From Haplodiscus bocki (taxonomy: Eukaryota), in NCBI GenBank assembly GCA_965655095.1, contig OZ296659.1, forward strand, positions 45,694,001-45,758,000: a DNA stretch of 64,000 nt, read 5' to 3'. The notes below the pieces were generated by a model. It worked only from the letters and a program-made list of their open reading frames with translations. It had not been told where the DNA came from and did no database searches. This document shows, piece by piece, positions 50,251 through 59,899 of the stretch (its first letter is position 1; every line of letters begins with the position of its first letter). Both the position numbers and the translations under genes were made by a program.

Positions 50251-50363
50251 AAATGATTATATTATTTCTCATATAATTGTAAGTTTATCCTAATATATAC
50301 AAATATAATTGAAAGTATACTTAGGTATAATTAATCGTATAAGTGTATTTATCCATATTTTAA

Positions 50364-50573
50364 ATGGATAATTTTATAAAAGCTATTAAAAAAGATCCAA
50401 AAATTTGTAATAATATAAACATCATGTTAGATAGATATATGTCTCTTCCATGTGAGTTTAGATCAAGAATTGGATATAATAGTTTAATACAAAACGTTAT
50501 TCTAAAAGAATTAATTAATATGCTCTCTTTAATAATTGTTGATTTAGATATAGAATTAAAATTGAAAAAATAA
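50364..50573 (+). CDS. 69-aa hypothetical protein
   Basis: TAAATG start; stop followed by a T8 run. Confidence 0.6.
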   Translation: MDNFIKAIKKDPKICNNINIMLDRYMSLPCEFRSRIGYNSLIQNVILKELINMLSLIIVDLDIELKLKK

Positions 50574-50600
50574 AATCCTTTTTTTTCTACTATATAAATG
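50558..50600 (+). promoter_or_regulatory. Poxvirus-like tandem early/late promoter
   Basis: AAAATTGAAAAAATA, then TTTTTTTTCTAC, then TATATAAATG. Confidence 0.55.
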
Positions 50601-50894
50601 AAGACGATAAAAATTATTTTAGATTTTTGTAATAGAGCTATCTTCTTTGATTATAACAATCCTGGATGTATAGAAGATTTTAATCAGGTTCGAAAATTTA
50701 TAATTAATAGATTTCATAAAACAATACCTGATTCTCGAATAATATTTGTTTTATCTATAATCGATGAAATGCTTCTGAAAATATTCAATAATGAAATTGA
50801 TGACATTCTAAATGATATTCATAATCTAAGAGAGAATATTATGTATATGATTTCTTTCGAAAAAACATTTGAATCTGAATCGGATGAAGATTAA
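50598..50894 (+). CDS. 98-aa hypothetical protein with acidic tail
   Basis: Open frame with TATATAAATG start. Confidence 0.65.
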   Translation: MKTIKIILDFCNRAIFFDYNNPGCIEDFNQVRKFIINRFHKTIPDSRIIFVLSIIDEMLLKIFNNEIDDILNDIHNLRENIMYMISFEKTFESESDED

Positions 50895-50899
50895 GAAAA

Positions 50900-51299
50900 T
50901 TAAATGATAATATTACCTTCTGCTAAAAAATAAAAACAGCCATTAGTACTTTTAATATTTTCCAAACGAACTCTAATATGATTTTTTTGATTTGATTTTA
51001 TCTAAAATATTTGTATTTAAAATTTCACAAATAATATCATAAGAAATTACAAATACTCGATCATCTTTATCATTTGAAAATATTTCTCCATGGATAATAT
51101 CTCCTTTTTTATATGTTTTATAATCTATTATTACTGGTATATTTATTGAGCTCTTAGATAATTCTATATTAGTTATCATGCGAGAATTAATTTCTTTAAA
51201 TAAATATCGCTCTTTTAATTTAGTCATTATAAGTTTTTTAATATCAGAACTCAATTCATTTGGAGTAAGAAATATATTCAAATATGTTTCTTCTTTCAT
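50900..51299 (-). pseudogene. Poxvirus RPO18 (D7)/Rpb7-like RNA polymerase subunit, ~132 aa after correcting a +1 A frameshift
   Basis: YLNIFLTPNELSSDIK...YLFKEINSRMITNIEL...INIPVIIDYKTYKKGDIIHG...DIICEI. Removing one A from the A7 run at 50982-50988 adds NHIRVRLENIKSTNGCFYFLAEGNIII. Confidence 0.8.
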
Positions 51300-51314
51300 A
51301 TTTATATATTTTAA

Positions 51315-51476
51315 ATGAAACAAACTTTAAATAGAAAGATTAAAAAACGAAAAATCAATCTTTTAATTCCAAAAGGCCTCAATCATAATCTCATTTTTCT
51401 AAATTATAATAAACATAATTATAATCTTATAATACTAAAAAATAATGATTGTGATATTATTATACCAATTGGATGA
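51315..51476 (+). CDS. 53-aa basic hypothetical protein (not in ORF track)
   Basis: MKQTLNRKIKKRKINLLIPKG...; TAAATG start, divergent from the RPO18-like gene. Confidence 0.5.
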   Translation: MKQTLNRKIKKRKINLLIPKGLNHNLIFLNYNKHNYNLIILKNNDCDIIIPIG

Positions 51477-51616
51477 ATCGATATAGAAAAACGAGATCTC
51501 ATATAAATCACTGATAATGTATATAATCACGATTAAATTACATTGCTCTTCGTTATCATATATTTTATTAAAGTAGATTTCTTATAGCGTAAATAATGCT
51601 CGCTTAACCCCCCTTA

Positions 51617-52067
51617 TGATGTTCCCCGTCGATCTATTCCTCTTTTTTTTCAAGCGTCAAGACATGGACAGTTCCTCCTATAGCTTCATGGTAATGTACG
51701 ACAAACGACTGGGGATACGTATTAAGCAGCGAACCCCAAACACTGCGGCATTGCCTTAACTTTATCGATGTCATTCTACAAATACCAATCTGCTATAGGA
51801 AGCGATGAAGAAAAAGAAATACTAGAATAAATATACATAACAGAATATGATAACATATTTTTTCTCAGTCTCGTATATATGTATGTAGACATAAATTGAA
51901 GAACAAAAGGCGAGGGTCGAAGAGCTGAGCAATAATATAAGCGAGAGGCTGAGTGGAAGGAAGCCGGTGACAAGCATAGCGAGGAGCGAGCGGGTATATT
52001 GTCGGATTTTATCAGTGGGACGAGCAAAGCGAGGACTACTGGTGAATCCGCATTATACTATATTATT
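51617..52067 (-). repeat. Right terminal inverted repeat (451 bp)
   Basis: Reverse complement of 34952-35401. Confidence 0.95.
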
Positions 52068-53429
52068 CACTCCGCTTGGCAGAAAATAACAAGACGGCTG
52101 GCTACAACCGGCATATTTTCCGCCCTCCAGTTTCGTTAAAGATGGCTTTTAGAAGGATGAAAGCGTTTGCTTTGGAAAATACTCTTTCTTCATCAAATTT
52201 TCTTGCTTTTCCAAATTTTACAAATCATCTAATTTTTTTTGCAAACAAACTCAATCTAGGTGGAAATTTTTTTTTAAGAATTAATATCATTTTACACGCA
52301 TTCTACAGCAAATTTGACTTCACTACCGATTTTTTTTTGAAAAAAAATCGTTTTATTTTAAAAAAATCAACGTTTCAAAAAATTTTGTACGTATTTGAGA
52401 AATCTTACTATTTCAGTTGCATTTTTCGGCAAATTTGCTATAATTTGGTGATAAGAAATTTTCAAATCCCGAATTGTGCAATTTGACATATTTTGCCGAA
52501 AGCACGCAATTGGCAAGTAAACGTAAAAGAAACGCACGCGGCGAGAGAAAGATTTTCCTTGCATATTATAAATTCATATGGCGGAAAATAACAAAAAAAA
52601 ATAAAAAAATATACCAATTGAGTATATATACCAAAGGTGGCATCATGGTTTATCGTTCAACTTTTGGAAAATGACAGAGTTACTATAAGAATTGGCTTTT
52701 TCTCAAAGTTCAGAAGTAAACAAAATCTGCACTTCTAACAGTCCCGAATTCCTGTCCAAAAATGTACCAACAAGAACGAATGTAATCCACTGAAACATTT
52801 AGGGTTGTATTTTTGTGGCTTTCCGTTGGTCTCATTCTTTAGTTTTTTGATTTTCGCTTTCAAAAATCTACATCAAGTCAGTCACGGTGTTGCAAAGATG
52901 CACAAAATAATGTCAGTCGAGATAATGTCATTAAGACGGTCTTAATTATTAACACTAGTTGCCCACAGACGCTCTCTGCATGAACAGAATATACATGTAT
53001 GTGTAGTCATCTAGGCATGTTCAGCCAGCATGGTTCCGACGTGGTTGTGTTCTGGAACTACCGTCCAGCGGGTGTATTGATTTGTGTATGAGATTTCGTG
53101 TACCTCGTGTTTGTTAAGACCGTATACCAACAAAACACCGTAGATGACAAAAAATCTTATACGTTACCAATTTTTCAAATGGAAAATTTTGGAACAAACA
53201 ATTGCGTTTTTAGAGCTTATTCGCCACTTAAAGTAAGTTGCCTATTTCAACAGTCAAAAATATGTATGTGAAAAGAGCCAGAGTCTGATGAAACAGAGAA
53301 AGTTTGAAAAAGAAAATTGCTCAAATCAAAACTTTGCTTTTTTAGTCTTTCAGTCTATAGATTTTTGAAATTGATTAAGGCCTATTGATTTTTATTTCTC
53401 CCCTGTTTTTTCTCGGCATCTTCGAGCAT

Positions 53430-53900
53430 CTTTCGCAAACCGATCCATGGGTTCGTCATTTTGCCGGCTGAGCAAAAAAGTGAAATCTGTCATTTGCTGT
53501 CGTAAGCATCATCTGGGCCAGAGTTTAGTGTAGTCTGATTCTGAGAGACACCCGCTTCAGGATGAGGATCACTCTGGAAGTCGTCCTCATTCGTTCCCTG
53601 GTTTGTACGTAGTGTGTTCCGAGACGTCTCCGGAGCGATTCCGGAGTGGCCCTGAATTAGTGGGATCAGAACAAGAGTCATCAAGACGGGATAGCGCGCC
53701 TAAAATGCGGCTCTCCCTCCTGCTAAATTCCTGGGAAAACTTCTTTGTTACCCTACCCTCAATTTCCTCAGAAACTTGAGTGATATAGTCCTCTTGTGAT
53801 CTGAGAACATTTGAGATTTGTGCCAAGTTACTCCTAGGATGTTCCTCACAATTCTCCTTGTTCAGGGCTGCAAGTTTTTGTTTATTTCTCAAAGTTGCCG
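53430..53900 (-). pseudogene. Retroelement gag-like N-terminal fragment
   Basis: Coiled-coil-like YITQVSEEIEGRVTKKFSQEFSRRESRILGALSRLDD, frameshifted; assignment tentative. Confidence 0.35.
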
Positions 53901-55699
53901 TTTTCTACCGGAAAAGTAATGAACACCGATTAATACTGAATTGTCTTCTTATCAAAGAGATCAACTCGTTTTTTGAACAATTAAGGTAAAAAAGCAAAAT
54001 TATATTGGATATCATCGTCAGTACTTTCAAAACTATTAAACAACAACTCTTCTGATTTTGTACTTTTATTTCTTTTTATACCCTTTCCTTGGCGGGGAAC
54101 ATAATTGTTTACACGCCAAGTCAAGGTACCAATTGGTGAAAATACTTAAATTACTAATAAATGGAAGTCAGAATGCCGACTCTGGCGGGAAATAACCAAC
54201 TTTTCCTTCCATCTCTTCCCTCATATGACGCGTCCTTTTCATTTTTGACAAAAGATGGACGGACGTCCGAGATGCACATCAATGTGTTTATTCCCGCGCC
54301 GACATTTTACTTACAACCTGAATAATGTATGATCCATTAATGAAAAAAAAATAAATTTTCCCTAATCGGGAAAATAAAAATACAAAATGCATGTGTTTGG
54401 TCCGAAGGGATTATTAAATCGTATATAAAATGAGAAATTGAAATAAAAAATACAAATAATCATCACCCTTGAGCACATTTCGTCATTACTTATGAAAGTT
54501 AATAAGTCTTTACTCTTTAGAAATGAGGAGAAACTAGTAGCACTACTTGCTTACTCCTCATTCATACGAGTAGAGACTGGTGGTTTCCAGATAATTCCCT
54601 ATTCACTGGTAGTAGCAGTAAAATGAAGCAAGCTGTGCTCAAATGAGGAGTGAATCCGGAGTCACTCCGTGTTCCCCACAGCACTGCAGCACAGTATAGC
54701 TATAAGAATGAAAGTGACGTCACCAGACTAGTAGCGACGGAGCAGGTACGAAACAATTTTTCACTCCGAGAGTCAACTTTACTGTAAATAAGTCACGCTA
54801 CTTGTAGCTCAATTTCAATTAAAGCACCGCTTTGAATTACAGTTGTTGCTATCAATCAAATTGATTACGCTGACAAAGGTGGATTTATATTTAATATTTG
54901 AAAATATATTATTAAAAAAATTGCACCTTTCAGGTAAAAATACTCTATGAATACTTGTTTGTTCTGTAGCGATTTTGTCCTAGTCTGGGTCAATTTGGTT
55001 CGGTATAAATACCAGTGTATTTGTACATTGGTTGTAGATACGTATAAAATACGTATCCGTATGTATGTACACTAGTTATGAATATATATAAGAGTTTTAT
55101 TTGAAGTTTAAATGAAAGCCTAAGAATCTGTGTTTATTCTGAGCATTGGGGTGTCTTTTCTGCTGGTAGGGATGGACCGCAAGCTTCGCAGCCGTGCTGC
55201 GACATATTCATTTGAGTTTGATATTTCATATTTCTATTTCAAGATTCATATTTCTTGTCGCAGCTACAACGAAAGTAACTTTTTACTCTTCAATTTGAAG
55301 TGGATGTAGTATTTTATTCAAATATTCTCAAAGTTGTCGATTTAATTCCCATCTTAATTTTTTGCTTTTCCAAAAGTGTCAGCCAATTTTTGATAAATTC
55401 GTTCAATTCCAAAACTTACAACACTAAATTCTTAGCGCTTAATGCCTAGCGTAGTTGATGCCTATCTGTTGAACAAGAGTATGTTTGTGCTCCGCAACTT
55501 CATTATCCAAAAACCTGAATATTCAATCAGAAATAGCTTGGATTACCAAAAAAGAATCTTTTGGACATGGTGTACAAGTTCAACCTATTTTCCTGGTTTT
55601 TCAAGAAAATTAAATGAAGTATTGAACAATGCCAAGTTGTGTTTTGATGCCATGAAAGAATTCGCTAAGCGGGTATTTTGATTCTAAGCGGCGTCGCTT

Positions 55700-58600
55700 C
55701 CGCTTAGCGTGGTGGTTCTGCTTTTACTTACTTTTGTTCCCTTTATCAAAATCTTGGAAAAACCTTGCAGAATTTCACATTTTTTGGTAACACCTACGTA
55801 AAAGTATAGACAAATTGCCATGAATTCTAGAAAGAAATTGAGAAACACTTGAATCTCTCAAAAGAGCGGTTGCTTTACAAAAATTTGAAAAATGTCGGAA
55901 TACAAGCTTTTTCTGTAAGCACTGTCAAGATTTTTTCATTTTTGAAATCATCATTTTTTGAGGGTTTGTTCGCTGCCTCCGTTTCTAATTTTCTAACCCA
56001 ATTTTGCTCTATGATAGAAAAAAGTTTTATTTCCACTAATCATAACGGCAAGGGGTCTCAAAATTTTGTAGTTTCAAGTCTTTGCCAGACTTTTACGGTC
56101 GACCCGCGTTTTTTCCATCATCGTTCACAACTCGCATTTATTGCACAATTGCTCTTTAGCTCAGTTTACTTTTTTCCGGTGTCCAATTTTGTCTCACTCT
56201 TTCTGTGTTGATTTGTTCCAATTAGCCTGTTGAATTTTGAAAGAAAAACCATGTTTCAAAAATCGGCCTTCAACTTGTTTTTTGAGGCCAAAACGCCCGA
56301 AGAGAAAAAAAACCGTTTTTACTTGGATCTCACGTTTGCGATATCATATCAAATTATCCGTTTTTCAGTTACCATCATCTCCTTCGTCAACCATTTTCGA
56401 ACTGAAAATTCTTCCTTGAAAAAATAGTTGTCAATGCGAGCAATGTCTTTACTTGTAACTTGAGTTACGGGAAATTTTCAATGGCGTTTTTTCAATTCTA
56501 CTATTCTCAAGGTGCAACTGTTGGATTAAAGCTATGAAATGCATATTCTTCACTCCATCGTATGGAAAAAGCCGCCGGGCAACGGATGGCCTGTTTCATT
56601 TTTCTATGAGTTTAAGTTCGGTCTTTACCTCGGCAAAACAGACGAAATTAATATTCCTCGCGAAAAAATCAAGTTCGCGAAATTCTATCTTTACTGTTCC
56701 TCTGCTGAATCTCAATCAGAATCTTCACCTAGCATTTCAACATTCTGAATGGCTGGAGTGCACTACTTAACAGTTTTTTGCGATTTAACTCGACTTGCTT
56801 TTGGAAAAACAAATATTGGAGTTTCTCTTTCGAGAGTGTTAGTTTCAACGACTAGCTGTCGGATTGTGACTTTGTATTGCGTATTGGGAAACGCGGACAT
56901 GGGGTTTCTGGTAAGGAGCACGATTGTCATTTTCTTTTGTTATCCTTGGAGATAACCAAACTTGATATTGGAAATTGAAAATCACTTCCACTTGCTGTTA
57001 ATCTTGCGGCCTTTCTCAAAAAACAGCAATTGGGGAGCAACTATTTTTTACTCACCCAAATACTCACGAAGTGACGAACCTAAGCTATTCATTGTAACCG
57101 ATTGATTTTTTCTACCTTTGACCTAAAATATATGGGAGATTGTTTTCTGAAACTCACGAGAGGTTCAACTTCTTTTTTTTTCAAGTTGTATGGAGATCCT
57201 TTTCATATTTTTCAGATTCGAAACATTGGGAGGTCTGAAGAATTGAAGATGAATGATCATGATTTTGTGTCAAGGTACAGTTTTTCTGAGGAAGTATCCA
57301 AAATTGGTTTCTTCTTTCTAATCGAAGTTCTCAGAAGTTTAAGTTCTAACGTGTTTGTTTTCTGAAAACTGATTTGTCTAGTTGCCAGAGTTGGATTTTT
57401 TTTCACGTTGCCATCCTCGCGCACCTCCGCTTCGTTTATGTATTCATGTGGCAACATGTCGTGGGATAAGATCGGCAACTGCTTTGTTTCCAATCCGTTC
57501 AATACCCGGAGCTTAGGCGTTGTCGCTGGCAAAGTTTGCATTCCCGCTAGTGTTGAACTCTTTTGCTGAGGCGCCCCTGCCTTTTAAAACTTTGCTCCTA
57601 TCCCTATTTTCAGAAGTCCATTTCAGTGAAGTGAACTATGCTGGTACTGTGCAGTGGCAGGGAATAATGGCTTCGTTATTTCCTGCCGAAATTTTTCAAC
57701 TTGTAATAAATTTAACCATGTTTTCATTTCCTTCGTTCTGTAGAAGTGTCTTTTTTGAAGAGTATCCCTCGGATTGCCTTTTTTTATTGAGCCCCAATCT
57801 GATTTTCTGGTGACCAGTTGTTCTGTCGAGTGGTATGGATAAGCTGTTTCATAAAATTCATACGTAACTTTATGACTTGTAATTAGAAAACTGTCTTAGT
57901 TTCTGCTTGCGTCCGTTGATTTTTTTGAATGACCAATGGTAGATTTGGCTGAATCTTACGCCAACTGAAGTACCCACATCCAGAAGTTTCCGGTGGGTCA
58001 GGAAATTGGTTGTTCCCAATCTGTATCACCCAATATCTTGACTTCATTTTCTGCAAAACCTCAGTTCTTCAACTTACGTTCGTTATTTTCTTTTCAATTT
58101 AATGGTCGTATCGGACGCATTCAAGTCTGCCTGAGTTTTTGGATGGCAGATGTTTCAATGAAGGTGTCGGATGATTTATTTTCAACTTTTACTGCAAAAT
58201 ATTTTGACTTGTTCTTCGAAATTTTAAGTTAGTTTACTATTGTTTTTCATTAAAGTTTCCCTTAACAATTACTCATAGGTTTTATTCTTCGGATTTCAAA
58301 TGGCCACTGTTCAATCGAAAACGACAAAACTAGGAGTTTGCAGAGAGGCTGGGATATCCCTTATTCTTCTTTTCATGTGAGTTTTCTTGACTTCTATTGT
58401 GAAATTCGAAAAAGGTTTTTCTTGCGCTTTTTTTTCGAAGTTGTCTTTCTCCAAGAAGTTTGGTTTAATTACAGCCTTGTCGAGCTCACTTGGAACCCCA
58501 CAGTTTGCAAACGCTGTGAAAACTGGGTATGTGCCTTGCACGCAACATTTCCTGCTTTGTTTTTAGAAATTCGAGAAACTTTCAAGTTGCGTCTTCACAA

Positions 58601-59000
58601 ATGATTTTCTCTGAAACAACAGGTTGTAATGTGGTTATACAATGCCTATATGAAAATCTATTTTATGGGGCTTCCATGGAGAAGTCGGAGAGCCCCGTTT
58701 TGTACCTTCCACGTGAATCCATCTGTAACCACTGCCCTGAAGCACAAGAAACGATCCAAGGTTAATGCGGGCCCTCATAATTGACTGCCTGGTCAAACAA
58801 TCTCAAGCAGTCCACATTTAAAAAGGACTGTGTCTGAGAAAACTTTCGGAGAAAAGCCCGCTGGCAGTTTCTGCCGACAATTCATCTTGCAAATCTTTTG
58901 ATGTCAAGCAACACTGATCAGATCCTAGTTGATCAAAATCCAAGTCCTTCTTGCTTGAAACTGGAGAGATCTCGTGAAAGAAAATTCGACTCTCTTTTGA
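55700..59000 (-). mobile_element. Highly decayed LTR (Gypsy-like) gag-pol relic
   Basis: Aspartic-protease-like LLDVGTSVGV at ~57958-57990 in long broken frames; boundaries approximate. Confidence 0.4.
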
Positions 59001-59899
59001 ACATTCAAATTTTGTTCCGACTTATTATCTCAACCTTATGATTTTTTCTAAATGGTAGTTTTCGATCAAAGTTCATATAATCACATGATTAGTCTATAAA
59101 AATCCATCGCATGATATTTGGTAGGAGTGAGTTCAGTGTTTGAACGTTCCGAAGTAGAGATAAGATAAAATAGCCTATACAAAACAAATATGAGTCACCA
59201 TGTTTGAAGTTTATAATTGTTGACATCTGGTATTATTTATTGTTGATAGCTGATAACTTTTTGTCGGGCGCCAATATGGCTTTGCGCAAGCTCTTCGTAT
59301 CAACTTCGAAGACGAACAAGTTTCAAGTGACTTGTACAATTACAAAATCAAGATGGGTAAAAACGTACTAACTTAGTAGATTCTTCATAAATTTTAAAAA
59401 ACACGTGTCCCTGAAACAAACTGTTTTATTATTCACTGCAGAGTGAAAGTAATTGGGGGAAATGCTTCTCTAAAAGGTTTTTTCTGTTTTCACATATTAA
59501 GTGGTCTTGTTTCAGTTCTCTTGAAAGAAACAAAAAAAATTAAAATCAGTTTTTATCATGTCAACGAAATCGATAAATTAATCACATAATTGGTTATTTT
59601 CTAGATAAGGAGGTTCAACATGATAAATCTATCATTAAAATTTGAAAATTTGTAGCCCGAATCATCAGCAGGATGAAGCTATACGGCGCTGCTTGTACGG
59701 CTGTTGCTTAGTTGCTTATTAACGCGTAAATTTTTTATATAATTCAAAAGTCCGACTTCAGATATTTTGCTACCTTCTGTGGTTTAAAAAGCTCCGAAAA
59801 AATTTAAAGAAAGCGAAATTCACAAACCGCCCACCATACATTTGTGCACTAGAGTAAGGAGCTTGCCTACAGCATAGTATTAATGACGTGTTGATGTTG

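Larger units (their letters stand above)
34952..52067 (-). mobile_element. Full-length Polinton/Maverick (adintovirus-like endogenous DNA virus), 17,116 bp
   Basis: TIRs at both ends; 6-bp TSD CACTCC at 34946-34951 and 52068-52073; pPolB, integrase, protease, MCP, mCP and ATPase genes; markedly more AT-rich than the flanks. Confidence 0.98.

Noticed and set aside
34952-52067. Mis-assembled free virus or contaminant contig
   Set aside because: A perfect 6-bp TSD and continuity of the host repeat across the empty site indicate genuine integration.
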